A stretch of DNA of 32,000 nucleotides, from contig JANOZF010000083.1 of NCBI GenBank assembly GCA_031429255.1, forward strand, positions 2,861 through 34,860. Direction: 5' to 3'. Made by a program: the position numbers and the translations under genes. This stretch comes from Rubrivivax sp. Its GTDB lineage: Bacteria > Pseudomonadota > Gammaproteobacteria > Burkholderiales > Burkholderiaceae_C. The notes beneath the pieces were generated by a model. The model did not search any database and was not told where the DNA came from. It saw only the letters and a program-made list of their open reading frames with translations. Position 1 is the stretch's first letter. Each line of letters begins with the position of its first letter. Positions 15,324-24,423 of the stretch are shown in pieces.

Positions 15324-16321
15324 TCCCGCCGGTTGCTGATCTGTCCCGGCTGGGTTGGCGGGGCAGTGGGCTGTTGCGTCCCGAGTGCGTGTTGGCGACC
15401 GCGGCCGGCGATCTGTACACCGCCGACTGGCGCGGTGGCGTGGCCCACCTGCGTGCCGACGGCTCACAGTCGCTCTACCTGGGCCTGCAGCCACCGGCGG
15501 CGTCGCGGCCTGCTGGCGGCGCATTGCGTCCGAACGGCATCGCGCTGCTGCACGACGGGAGCTTCCTGTTGGCGCACCTGGGGTCTGAAGACGGCGGTGT
15601 CTACCGCCTGCACCGCAGTGGCGCGGTGGAGCCCTGGTTGCCCGCGGTGCAACGGCAGGCGCTGCCGCCCACCAACTTCGTGCTGTGCGATGCGCAAGGC
15701 CGCACGTGGGTGACCGTGAGCACCCGCCGCACGCCGCGCGCCCGGGGTTACCGCCGCGACGGTGGCGACGGATTCATCGTGCTCATCGACTCACGGGGCG
15801 TCGATCACGCCACCATCGTCGCCGACGGGCTGGGCTACACGAACGAGGTTGCCGTGCACCCCAGCGGCGCCTGGCTGTATGTGAACGAGACCTTTGCACG
15901 CCGCTTGTCGCGTTTCCCACTGCATGCCGATGGCAGTCTGGGCGACAAACAGGTGGTCGTCACCTTCGGCGCCGGCACCTTTCCCGACGGCCTGGCTTTC
16001 GACGATGAAGGTGGTGTCTGGGTGGTGAGCATCGTCAGCAACCGCCTCATCCGGGTGTCTGCCGACGGCAGTCAGACCTTGTGGCTGCAAGATGCCGACG
16101 ACGGTCACCTGCAAGAGGTGGAGGCTGCATTCGACGCCGGCACGATGGATCGCCCGCATCTGGATGGTCTGCGCAGCCAGTTCCTGCGCAACATCTCGAG
16201 CATCGCCTTCGCCGGCCCGAACCTCAAGACGGCTGTGCTCGGGTGCCTGCTGGGCGACCGATTGGCCACCCTGCAGCTGCCGGTGAGCGGCGTTGCCCCT
16301 GCGCACTGGAACTTCACATGA
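15308..16321 (+). CDS. SMP-30/gluconolactonase/LRE-like six-bladed propeller protein (putative lactonase)
   Basis: Internal ATG at 15308, 337 aa. Propeller-type repeats are present: GLLRPECVLATAAGDLYTAD, PNGIALLHDGSFLLAH, TNEVAVHPSGAWLYVNETFARRLSRF, FPDGLAFDDEGGVWV. Confidence 0.75.
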   Translation: MNATCVPPVADLSRLGWRGSGLLRPECVLATAAGDLYTADWRGGVAHLRADGSQSLYLGLQPPAASRPAGGALRPNGIALLHDGSFLLAHLGSEDGGVYRLHRSGAVEPWLPAVQRQALPPTNFVLCDAQGRTWVTVSTRRTPRARGYRRDGGDGFIVLIDSRGVDHATIVADGLGYTNEVAVHPSGAWLYVNETFARRLSRFPLHADGSLGDKQVVVTFGAGTFPDGLAFDDEGGVWVVSIVSNRLIRVSADGSQTLWLQDADDGHLQEVEAAFDAGTMDRPHLDGLRSQFLRNISSIAFAGPNLKTAVLGCLLGDRLATLQLPVSGVAPAHWNFT

Positions 16322-16995
16322 CGGCACAAGGTCAGGCTTCGGCTTCGCTGGTTGACGCGGCGCACGAGAAAATCCGGCGCCGCATCCTGGACAACGTGTG
16401 GCCACCCGGCCACCGTGCGCTTGAACAGGAAGTGGCGCTGGCCCTGGGCATGAGCCGTACGCCGGTGCGCGAAGCACTGGTGCGGCTGCAGTCGGAAGGT
16501 CTGGTGGAGGTGGTGCCGCGCCACGGCATGCGTGTGCTGCCGGTGTCGCCCGCCGACATGCGAGAAATCTACGAGGTGCTGACCGCACTGGAATGCATGG
16601 CCTGCGAACGGTTGGCGCGGCGCCGACCGAGTCAGGCCGAGCTCAAGCCCCTGGTGGACGCCACACATGCGATGGACCGCGCACTGGCCGTCGAAGACCT
16701 GGACGCCTGGGCGGCGGCCGACGAGCTGTTCCACGCCCAGTTGCTGGAGCTGGCAGGCAATCACCATCTGCAGGCCACGGTGATGAACCACTGGGACCGC
16801 GCACACCGCGCGCGCATGTTCACGCTGCGGCTGCGTCCAAAGCCGGTGAACAGCACACGCGAACACATGCAACTGGTCGAGCGGCTGCTGGCCGGTGATG
16901 TGGACGGCGCGGCGCTGGTCAACCGCCGGCACCGCGAACGCGCCGGCGCTGAACTGCTCGGCATCTTCGAACGCTTCCGCCTCGCCCACCTGTGA
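16318..16995 (+). CDS. GntR-family transcriptional regulator with FCD (FadR-like) C-terminal domain
   Basis: The ATG at 16318 overlaps the upstream stop (ATGA). Winged HTH EQEVALALGMSRTPVREALVRLQSEGLVEVVPRHGMRV. Helical C-terminal domain with the HxxL..A motif (FHAQLLELAGNHHL). Confidence 0.9.
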   Translation: MTAQGQASASLVDAAHEKIRRRILDNVWPPGHRALEQEVALALGMSRTPVREALVRLQSEGLVEVVPRHGMRVLPVSPADMREIYEVLTALECMACERLARRRPSQAELKPLVDATHAMDRALAVEDLDAWAAADELFHAQLLELAGNHHLQATVMNHWDRAHRARMFTLRLRPKPVNSTREHMQLVERLLAGDVDGAALVNRRHRERAGAELLGIFERFRLAHL

Positions 16996-17002
16996 AACGC
17001 CC

Positions 17003-18088
17003 ATGAAGAGCTACGACATTGCCGTGTTGCCCGGCGACGGCATCGGCGTCGAGGTGATGGCCGGTGCGCTGCAACTGCTGCGCGCCCTGGAGCCGCGCCT
17101 GTCGCGGCGCTTCGTCTGCACGGCGCATGCCGCCGGTGCCCAGCACTACCTGGACAGCGGCGAGAGCCTGCCGGCCGCCACGCTGGCGGCCTGCCGCGGC
17201 GCCGACGCCATCCTCTTCGGCGCCATGGGCCTGCCCCATGTTCGTGGCGCCGACGGCACCGAGATCATTCCGCAGCTGGATATCCGCTTTGCACTGGACC
17301 TGTATGCCGGCGTGCGCCCCATCCGCACCTGGCCCGGCCTGCCGGTGCCCTTGTCGGACCCGCGGGCTGCGCAGATCGACCTCGTGCTGGTGCGCGAGAG
17401 CACCGAGGGCCTGTTCTACGCCCGCGGCCGCGGCCGCCTGGAAGGGCAGGGTGCTGAGGCTTGCGTCTACGACACCATGAAGATCACCCAGGCCGGCACC
17501 GCGCGCGTGTGCGACTTTGCCTTCGAGCTGGCACGCCAGCGCAAGGCCCAGGGCAAGCGCGGCCACGTCACCAATGTCGACAAGGCCAACGTCTTTCAGT
17601 CGATGGCCTTCTGGCGCCAGGTCTTCACCGACCGTGCGCTGCGCTACCCCGACATCAGCACCGAGCATGCCTATGTCGACGCGATGGCACTGAACCTGGT
17701 GATGAAGCCCTGGCAGAGTGACGTGCTGGTCACCGAAAACATGTTCGGCGACATCCTGTCGGACCTGATCGCAGCGCTGGTGGGCGGCATGGGCATGGCG
17801 CCCTCGGCTGACATCGGCGCCCACCACGCTGTCTTCCAGCCGGCTCACGGCACTGCACCGGACATCGCGGGGCAGGGCATCGCCAATCCCAGCGCCATGC
17901 TCTTGTCGGCGGCGATGATGCTGGACTGGCTGGCCGTGCGCCACGCCGACCCCGCGCTGGCCGATGGCGCGCGCGCCGTTGAGCGGGCGCTGGAGGCGGC
18001 CTTCGCCAGCGGTGCCGTGCGCCCCTACGACTTCGGCGGCACCAGCCGCACCGCCGACGTCGTGCGCGCGGTGGTGCAAGGCCTGTGA
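17003..18088 (+). CDS. isocitrate/isopropylmalate dehydrogenase-family beta-hydroxyacid dehydrogenase (tartrate/D-malate dehydrogenase-like)
   Basis: Internal ATG at 17003, 361 aa. Family motifs present: IAVLPGDGIGVEV, LVRESTEGLFY, DKANV, TENMFGDILSDL, HGTAPDIAGQGIANP. Confidence 0.9.
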   Translation: MKSYDIAVLPGDGIGVEVMAGALQLLRALEPRLSRRFVCTAHAAGAQHYLDSGESLPAATLAACRGADAILFGAMGLPHVRGADGTEIIPQLDIRFALDLYAGVRPIRTWPGLPVPLSDPRAAQIDLVLVRESTEGLFYARGRGRLEGQGAEACVYDTMKITQAGTARVCDFAFELARQRKAQGKRGHVTNVDKANVFQSMAFWRQVFTDRALRYPDISTEHAYVDAMALNLVMKPWQSDVLVTENMFGDILSDLIAALVGGMGMAPSADIGAHHAVFQPAHGTAPDIAGQGIANPSAMLLSAAMMLDWLAVRHADPALADGARAVERALEAAFASGAVRPYDFGGTSRTADVVRAVVQGL

Positions 18089-18098
18089 GCCCCAGCCC

Positions 18099-19142
18099 AT
18101 GAGCCCGCAGCGCATCGCCGTCGTGGGTGCCGGGTACTTCGCCGCCTTCCATCTCGAGGGCTGGCGCGAATGCGGCGCGCCGGTGGTGGCACTGTGTGAC
18201 CTGGACGGCCCGCGGCGCAAGTCCCTGGCCGACCGCTTCGGCATCGGGCAGACCTTCGATGATGCGGCGCAGATGCTCGACGCCTTGCAGCCGACGCTGG
18301 TGGACGTGGTGCTGCCGCCTGCAGCGCAGCTGCAGGTGGTGACTGCCGCGTTGCAGCGCGGCCTGCCGACCATCTGCCAGAAGCCGTTTGGACAGGACCT
18401 GGCGCAGGCGCGCGCGATGACCGCGCTGGCGGCGCGCCAGCAGGTGCCGCTGGTGGTGCATGAGAACTTCCGCTTCACGCCCTGGTTCCGCGAGTGCCGG
18501 CGCCTCATCGACGCCGGCTTCTTCGGCCGGTTGCACGGCATCAGCTTCAGGTTGCGCCCCGGTGACGGGCAAGGGCCGCAGGCCTATCTGGACCGTCAGC
18601 CCTATTTCCAGCAGATGCCGCGCCTGCTGGTGCGAGAGACGGCGGTGCACTTCATTGACACTTTCCGCTACCTGATGGGTGAGGTGCGCGCCGTCAGCGC
18701 GCGCCTGCGCAAGCTCAACCCGGCGATCGCGGGTGAAGACGCCGGTCTCATCGTCTTCGAGTTCGACGACGAACGCAGCGGCCTTTTCGACGGCAACCGC
18801 CTGAACGATCACGCCGCCACCAACACGCGCCGCACGATGGGCGAGATGTGGCTCGAGGGCGAGGCCGGTGTGCTGCGTCTGGACGGTGAAGCGCGCCTGT
18901 GGTTCAAGCCGCACGGCTGCGCCGAAGCCGAACATCACTACGACGCTGGCAGCGCCGCGGCCTTTGGCGGCGCCTGCCCGGCGTTGCAGTCCCATGTGCT
19001 GCTGCACCTGCAGCAGGGCAGCGCGCTGGAAAACAGCGCCGCTGACTACCTGCAGAACTTGGTGGTGCAGGAAGCCGTGTACCGATCACACGACACCGGC
19101 TGCCGCGTCGTGCTGAGCGGCTTTGACCCCGAGCGCCACTGA
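18099..19142 (+). CDS. Gfo/Idh/MocA-family NAD(P)-dependent oxidoreductase
   Basis: Internal ATG at 18099. Rossmann N-terminus RIAVVGAGYFAAFH, the EKP-like motif as CQKPFG, and a C-terminal alpha/beta domain. 347 aa. Confidence 0.85.
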   Translation: MSPQRIAVVGAGYFAAFHLEGWRECGAPVVALCDLDGPRRKSLADRFGIGQTFDDAAQMLDALQPTLVDVVLPPAAQLQVVTAALQRGLPTICQKPFGQDLAQARAMTALAARQQVPLVVHENFRFTPWFRECRRLIDAGFFGRLHGISFRLRPGDGQGPQAYLDRQPYFQQMPRLLVRETAVHFIDTFRYLMGEVRAVSARLRKLNPAIAGEDAGLIVFEFDDERSGLFDGNRLNDHAATNTRRTMGEMWLEGEAGVLRLDGEARLWFKPHGCAEAEHHYDAGSAAAFGGACPALQSHVLLHLQQGSALENSAADYLQNLVVQEAVYRSHDTGCRVVLSGFDPERH

Positions 19143-19172
19143 CCCTCAACGAAAGAGACCCTGGAGACGACC

Positions 19173-20168
19173 ATGTTCAAGACCACGCACATCGCTGCTG
19201 CTGCCCTTTCATGCCTTGCCCTGGCGCTGCCTGCCGGCGCGCAGACGGTGCTCAAGTTCAGCCACACCGATCAGCAGGCCGGTGCCCGCCAGGCCGCGGC
19301 TTCGCTGTTCGCCAAGAAGGTCGAAGAGCTGACGCAGGGCCGCTACAAGGTGCAGGTGTTCTGCTGCAGCCAGTTGGGCAACGACCCGAAGAACATCGAG
19401 CAGCTGGCGCTGGGCGGCATCGACTTCACGGTGTCGGGCACGGGCAGCTATGCGCCGCATGTGCCCACGCTGAACCTCACGGCATTGCCCTACCTGGTGG
19501 AGAGCTACGCGCAGGGCTGGAAGCTGTATGACGAGAGCCCGTGGTTGAAGGACCAGTTCGCCAAGGCCCCGGCCAAGGGCTTCCGTTTCCTGGCCACCTG
19601 GGAGGCCGGCTTTCGCAGCATGACCACCAAGGACCCGCTGAACTCGCCCGACGACGCCAAGGGCAAGAAGCTGCGTACCTTCCCCAACGAGATGATGCGC
19701 TGGACGCTGGAAGCGATGGGTTTCAACATCCAGATCATGCCGCTGCCCGAGGTTTACCTGGCCATCCAGCAGGGTGCCGTCAGCGGCCAGGAAAACCCGG
19801 TCGACACCATCTACTCCAACAAGTTCTACGAGGTGGCCCCCAACGTCACGCTGACCAACCACGTCTACAGCCCCATCCCGCTGGCCATTGCCGAGAAGAC
19901 GTGGCAGAAGTTCAGTCCGGCCGACCAGAAGGCCGTGCTCGAAGCAGCCCAGATCGCGGCGAAGTTCAGCCGCACAATGATCGCCGGCAACGATGACAAC
20001 CAGCTCAAGGAGATGGCCGCAAAGGGCGCCAAGATCAATGCCAAGCCCAACCTGGCGGCCTTCCGCAGCGCCGTGCAGCCGGTGTACGTGAAGGCGCGCG
20101 AGAAGTATGGCGCCGATGTCGACGCGTTCCTGAAAGACGCCGAGGCCGTGCGCAAGACGGCCAAGTGA
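19173..20168 (+). CDS. dctP: TRAP transporter substrate-binding protein (DctP family)
   Basis: GGAGA Shine-Dalgarno sequence. Signal peptide MFKTTHIAAAALSCLALALPAGAQ. DctP-family pattern (KFSHTD..., GGIDFTVSG, WEAGFRSMTT with the conserved carboxylate-binding Arg by hand alignment, GQENP). Confidence 0.9.
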   Translation: MFKTTHIAAAALSCLALALPAGAQTVLKFSHTDQQAGARQAAASLFAKKVEELTQGRYKVQVFCCSQLGNDPKNIEQLALGGIDFTVSGTGSYAPHVPTLNLTALPYLVESYAQGWKLYDESPWLKDQFAKAPAKGFRFLATWEAGFRSMTTKDPLNSPDDAKGKKLRTFPNEMMRWTLEAMGFNIQIMPLPEVYLAIQQGAVSGQENPVDTIYSNKFYEVAPNVTLTNHVYSPIPLAIAEKTWQKFSPADQKAVLEAAQIAAKFSRTMIAGNDDNQLKEMAAKGAKINAKPNLAAFRSAVQPVYVKAREKYGADVDAFLKDAEAVRKTAK

Positions 20169-20202
20169 TGATGACGGCGCGCGGACTGCACGGCAGCATC
20201 CC

Positions 20203-20724
20203 ATGAACCACCTGCTGAGCCCTGTGGCGCCGGCACCGCTGCCCCTGCGTGTGCTGGGGCGGGCGGTGGATTGGGCCGTCATCGTCATCGGCGCGGTGAT
20301 GATCGCGCTGGTGTTCTTCAACGTCTGTCTGCACGTCATCAGCAAGGATCTGGCCTGGGTCACCGAACTGGGTGAACTGATGATGGTGTGGGTGACCTTC
20401 CTGGGGGGCGCCTGTGCCGCGCAGCGCGGTGCGCACATGACCATCACCGAATTCATCGACAAGCTGGGCGAGCGCGGCCGGCGCTGGGCCGACGCTGCGG
20501 TGCAGGCGCTGTCTCTGGGCGTGCTGGGGCTGCTGGTGTGGTACGGCTGGTCGCTGGTCAGCAGCAACTGGGGCAACCAGCTCACCGTGCTGGAATGGCC
20601 GATGGCCATCCAGTACATGGGCATGGCCGTGGGTTGCACGGCGATGGCGGTGTTCGTCGCCTTCGACCTGTGGCAGGTGCTGGCCGGCGTGCCCCGCGAG
20701 CGCCGTTACCCGTCGGGAGACTGA
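20203..20724 (+). CDS. dctQ: TRAP transporter small permease (DctQ family)
   Basis: 173 aa with four hydrophobic helices, positioned between the dctP and dctM genes. Confidence 0.85.
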   Translation: MNHLLSPVAPAPLPLRVLGRAVDWAVIVIGAVMIALVFFNVCLHVISKDLAWVTELGELMMVWVTFLGGACAAQRGAHMTITEFIDKLGERGRRWADAAVQALSLGVLGLLVWYGWSLVSSNWGNQLTVLEWPMAIQYMGMAVGCTAMAVFVAFDLWQVLAGVPRERRYPSGD

Positions 20725-20728
20725 CACC

Positions 20729-22018
20729 ATGCTGGCCTTGACCCTGTTCGGTGTCTTCTTCGTCATTGCACTGGCCGGCGTGCCGCTGCTGTTTGCCATT
20801 CTGGCCACCACCGTGGGCATCATCTGGGCGCAGGGCCTGGGCCATCCGCTGCAAACCATCCTTCTCAGCTTCATCGGCGGTGTCGAGCCCTTCATCCTGC
20901 TGGCAGTGCCGATGTTCATCTTTGCCGGTGAACTGCTGGCGCAAGGCGGCGTGGGCAAGCGCATCGTCGATTTCGCACGGGTGCTTTTCGGCTGGCTGCC
21001 TGGCGGACTGGGCGTGGTGACGGTGATCAGCTGCACGCTGTTTGGTGGCGTCTCGGGCAGCGCCATTGCCGACACCGCGGCCATCGGTTCGCTGGTCATT
21101 CCGGCCATGGTGGCGCGCGGCTATTCGCGCGGCTTCGCGGCCGCGCTGCTGGCCGTCGCCGGTACGCTGGCGCTGCTGATGCCACTGTCGATACCCTTTC
21201 TGATCTACGCCTTCATCTCGGGCGTGTCGATGCGCACGCTGTCGATGGCCGGCTTGATACCTGCGCTCTTGTCGGCGTTGGCGTTGATCGTCGTCTGCAT
21301 GTGGCACGGCAGGCGCACCGGCTGCGACAACGGCGAGACACGCAGCACGCCGGCGCAGATCTGGGCCGCCACGCGCGACGCCGGCCCGGCGCTGCTCATG
21401 CCGGTGATCATCATCGGCGGCATCTGGAGCGGTGTGTTCACACCCAGCGAATCGGCGGCCATCGCCGTGGTCTACGGCCTGGTGGTGTCGTTGTTCTATT
21501 ACCGCGACCTGAGCTGGCGTCGCATCCCGCAATTGCTGCTGAATGCCTTCGTCACCAGCGCCACGGTGATGTTGGTGATTGGCGCCACTGGCGCGATGGC
21601 CTGGCTGATCACGGTGGAGCAGGTGGCGCAGCAGATGGCCGAATGGATCCAGCTGGTGGCCACCGAGCCCTGGATGTTCCTGCTGATGTTCAACGTCTGC
21701 CTGTTGTTGCTGGGCATCTTCATCGAGCCGCTGCCGGCGATGCTGCTGAGCGCGCCGCTGTTCCTGCCGCTGGCCAAGCACTTCAACCTGGACATGGTGC
21801 ACGTGGGCGTGATGATGACGGCCAATCTGGCCATCGCGCTGTATACCCCGCCTGTAGGGGGGACGCTGTTCGTGGCCGCCAAGCTGGCCAAGGTGGGCAT
21901 CGGCGAGATCACGCGCCACCTGTGGCCGCTGATGGCCGCCACCTTTGCCGTGGTGATGCTGGTGACCTACATGCCGCAACTGTCGTTGTGGCTGCCGCGC
22001 ATGATTGCGTCGTGGTGA
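20729..22018 (+). CDS. dctM: TRAP transporter large permease (DctM family)
   Basis: 429 aa polytopic membrane protein. GGGAGA Shine-Dalgarno sequence 9 nt upstream. Start lies 4 nt after the dctQ stop. Confidence 0.9.
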   Translation: MLALTLFGVFFVIALAGVPLLFAILATTVGIIWAQGLGHPLQTILLSFIGGVEPFILLAVPMFIFAGELLAQGGVGKRIVDFARVLFGWLPGGLGVVTVISCTLFGGVSGSAIADTAAIGSLVIPAMVARGYSRGFAAALLAVAGTLALLMPLSIPFLIYAFISGVSMRTLSMAGLIPALLSALALIVVCMWHGRRTGCDNGETRSTPAQIWAATRDAGPALLMPVIIIGGIWSGVFTPSESAAIAVVYGLVVSLFYYRDLSWRRIPQLLLNAFVTSATVMLVIGATGAMAWLITVEQVAQQMAEWIQLVATEPWMFLLMFNVCLLLLGIFIEPLPAMLLSAPLFLPLAKHFNLDMVHVGVMMTANLAIALYTPPVGGTLFVAAKLAKVGIGEITRHLWPLMAATFAVVMLVTYMPQLSLWLPRMIASW

Positions 22019-22038
22019 TGATGAACGGGGGTTGAACG

Positions 22039-22329
22039 ATGGAAGTTCTGGTGGTTGATTTCCAGGTGCATGCCGAGCATGTGCCCGCCTTTGCGGCGGC
22101 CATGGCCGACAACGCACGCACCTCGGTGGTGGTGGAGCCCGGATGCCAGCAGTTCGATGTCTGCCGTGACGCGCAGGATCCCGGGCTCTTCTTCCTCTAC
22201 GAGTTGTACGACGACGAAGCGGCCATCGCGGCGCACCTGGCGTCGCCACACTTCAAGCACTTCAACGCCTTGACAGCGCCCTGGGTGGCCGCCAAGAGGG
22301 TGCGCCGCCTGACGCGCGCGGTGGGCTGA
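22039..22329 (+). CDS. ABM-domain (antibiotic biosynthesis monooxygenase / YgiN-like quinol monooxygenase) protein
   Basis: 96 aa. Ferredoxin-like pattern VVDFQV...AFAAAMADNARTSVVVEPGCQQFDVCRD...LFFLYELYDDEAAIAAHLASPHFKHF. Confidence 0.8.
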   Translation: MEVLVVDFQVHAEHVPAFAAAMADNARTSVVVEPGCQQFDVCRDAQDPGLFFLYELYDDEAAIAAHLASPHFKHFNALTAPWVAAKRVRRLTRAVG

Positions 22330-22348
22330 AAGGCTGGCAGGCCGGCGC

Positions 22349-22377
22349 AGTGGCAGCCGCAGGGGCTACGGTATAAA
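22349..22377 (+). promoter_or_regulatory. candidate sigma-70 promoter for the SDR/ACAD cluster
   Basis: A -10-like tataaa at 22372-22377 is the only such AT hexamer in this intergenic region. A weak -35 (gtggca) lies 16 nt upstream. The direct repeat acggta-taa-acggta overlaps the -10. Confidence 0.2.
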
Positions 22378-22452
22378 CGGTAGATCTGATCCTGCTGGGC
22401 GGACCCGAACCCCAGCTCCTGCAGCCTGACCACCGGCCACCGGCACAGCCCC

Positions 22453-23361
22453 ATGAAACTCGACTTCACCGGCCGCGTGGCCATCGTCACCGGCGCCGGC
22501 GGCGGCCTGGGCCGCGCCCATGCGATGGCGCTGGCAGCGCGCGGCGCACGCGTGGTCGTCAATGACCTGGGCGGCACCACCGCCGTCAGCGGCGCGGCGG
22601 CGCCGGCGGCGCAGGCGGTGGTCGACGAGATCAACGCCGCTGGTGGCCAGGCGCTGGCCAACGGCGCTTCGGTGACCGACCCCGTGGCAGTGGCCGCGAT
22701 GGTGGCGCAGGCCATGGACGCCTGGGGTCGTGTCGACATCCTGGTCAACAACGCCGGCATCCTGCGCGACAAGAGTTTTGCCAAGATGACGCTGGACGAC
22801 TTTCGCAGCGTGCTGGACGTGCACCTGATGGGCGCCTTCCACTGCACACAGGCCGTGTGGCCGCACATGACGGCGCAAAAGCGCGGCCGCATCGTGATGA
22901 CCACCTCGTCGTCGGGGCTGTACGGCAACTTCGGCCAGGCCAACTACGGCGCCGCGAAGATGGCGCTGGTGGGGCTGATGCAGACCCTGGCCATCGAAGG
23001 CGCCAGGCACGACATCCGCGTCAACTGCCTGGCCCCCACGGCGGCCACGCGCATGACGGAAGGCCTGCTGCCGCCTGCCGTGCTGGCCGCGATGCAGCCC
23101 GAAGCGGTGGTGCCGGCGATGTTGTGGCTGGCCAGCGACGACGCGCCCACGCGGGCCATTGCGTGCGCCGGTGCAGGCACCTTCGAAGCCGCGCACATCA
23201 CGCTCACGCAGGGCCTGTACCTGGGCATCCGCGCCGACACCCCCGAGCAGCTGGCTGCCGCCTGGGCCCAGGTCAGCGACCGCCAAGGTGAGCAGGTGCC
23301 GGCCAGCGGCGCCGCGCAGGGCAGCAACGAAATCGCTCGCGCGATGGCGGCTCGTGCCTGA
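22453..23361 (+). CDS. SDR-family oxidoreductase, MFE-2/17beta-HSD4-type (3-hydroxyacyl-CoA dehydrogenase-like)
   Basis: TGAGGGLGRAHA cofactor motif. VVVNDLGG... segment characteristic of the MFE-2 dehydrogenase domain. Catalytic YGAAK. Confidence 0.85.
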   Translation: MKLDFTGRVAIVTGAGGGLGRAHAMALAARGARVVVNDLGGTTAVSGAAAPAAQAVVDEINAAGGQALANGASVTDPVAVAAMVAQAMDAWGRVDILVNNAGILRDKSFAKMTLDDFRSVLDVHLMGAFHCTQAVWPHMTAQKRGRIVMTTSSSGLYGNFGQANYGAAKMALVGLMQTLAIEGARHDIRVNCLAPTAATRMTEGLLPPAVLAAMQPEAVVPAMLWLASDDAPTRAIACAGAGTFEAAHITLTQGLYLGIRADTPEQLAAAWAQVSDRQGEQVPASGAAQGSNEIARAMAARA

Positions 23362-23443
23362 TGCCTCGCCCGATGCCCACGCCTGATGCCCATGCCCGAT
23401 GCCCACGCCTGATACGCATGCCTGGTTGCCGCACCTGATGGCC
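23353..23443. repeat. ~13-bp tandem array, about 7 copies (core c[ct]gatgcc), spanning the SDR stop codon
   Basis: Core starts at 23357, 23369, 23382, 23395, 23408, 23421 and 23434 (spacings 12, 13, 13, 13, 13, 13). The units read cgtgcctgatgcc, tcgcccgatgcc, cacgcctgatgcc, catgcccgatgcc, cacgcctgatacg, catgcctggttgc(c), gcacctgatggcc. The same ctgatgcc core recurs at 23476-23483 around the hydrolase ATG. Confidence 0.85.
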
Positions 23444-23478
23444 GCCCTTCACGCGCCGCCGCCGACGGTGCCGAGCTG

Positions 23479-24423
23479 ATGCCGCACCGCGCCCACCCGC
23501 CGCACTTTCCACCACCACTGGCCGCCTTTGGCGGCCAGCCGCCGCCGGCACCCGACTGGTTCACCGAGGCACTGGCCGACACGCCCGAGCGCACGCATGT
23601 GGTGGTGCAAGGCGCACCCATTGAAACGCTGGTCTGGGGCCGTATCGGCGACCCCGGCCTGCTGCTGTTGCACGGCAACACGGCGCACGCCGACTGGTAC
23701 AGCCACGTGGCGCCACGGCTGCGCCACGGCCGGCGCGTGGTGGCGATCAGCTTTTCGGGCATGGGGGGCTCGGGCTGGCGCACGCAGTACAGCGTGGCGC
23801 AATGGGCCGATGAGGCGCTGGCGGTGGCCGAGGCGACGGGCCTGTTTGCGGCCGACCGGGCGCCCACCGTGGTGGGCCACTCCTTTGGCGGCTTCCCGCT
23901 CATCAGCCTGGCCGCCCGGCATGGCCAGCGGCTGGCGCAGGCGGTGGTGGTGGACACGCCGCTGCGCCCGCCGCAAGCCGATGCCCGGCGCAGCAGCATG
24001 CGCAAGGGCCAGCGCTCGTCCCGCGTCTACGGCAGCTTGGCCGAGGCGCTGCTGCGGTTTCGCCTGATGCCGCCGCAGGGCTGCGAGCATCCGTATGTGG
24101 CCGATCTGCTGGCCCGCCGTGGCCTGAAGCGGACCACAGGGCCCGATGGCCTGCCGGCCTGGGTGTGGTGTTTCGACCCCTTCCTGTTCAGGCACTTCGA
24201 TTTTGGCCACCCGCTGCGCGACCTGCGCGCGGCGCAGTGCCCGGTGGTCGTCGTGCGCGGCGGTCGCTCGCGCTTGATGACGCCTGCGGCGATGGACCAC
24301 GCGCTGACCCTGGCGCCACCCGGCACCCGGCGGCTGGAAGTGCCCGATGCCGACCACCACGTGATGCTCGACCAGCCGCTGGCCTTCGCCGAGTTGCTGG
24401 CCTCGCTGGTGCCATTGAACTGA
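23479..24423 (+). CDS. alpha/beta-fold hydrolase
   Basis: HGNTAHADWY (oxyanion region HG), nucleophile elbow GHSFGG, C-terminal DADHHVMLDQP (catalytic His). 314 aa. Confidence 0.8.
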   Translation: MPHRAHPPHFPPPLAAFGGQPPPAPDWFTEALADTPERTHVVVQGAPIETLVWGRIGDPGLLLLHGNTAHADWYSHVAPRLRHGRRVVAISFSGMGGSGWRTQYSVAQWADEALAVAEATGLFAADRAPTVVGHSFGGFPLISLAARHGQRLAQAVVVDTPLRPPQADARRSSMRKGQRSSRVYGSLAEALLRFRLMPPQGCEHPYVADLLARRGLKRTTGPDGLPAWVWCFDPFLFRHFDFGHPLRDLRAAQCPVVVVRGGRSRLMTPAAMDHALTLAPPGTRRLEVPDADHHVMLDQPLAFAELLASLVPLN

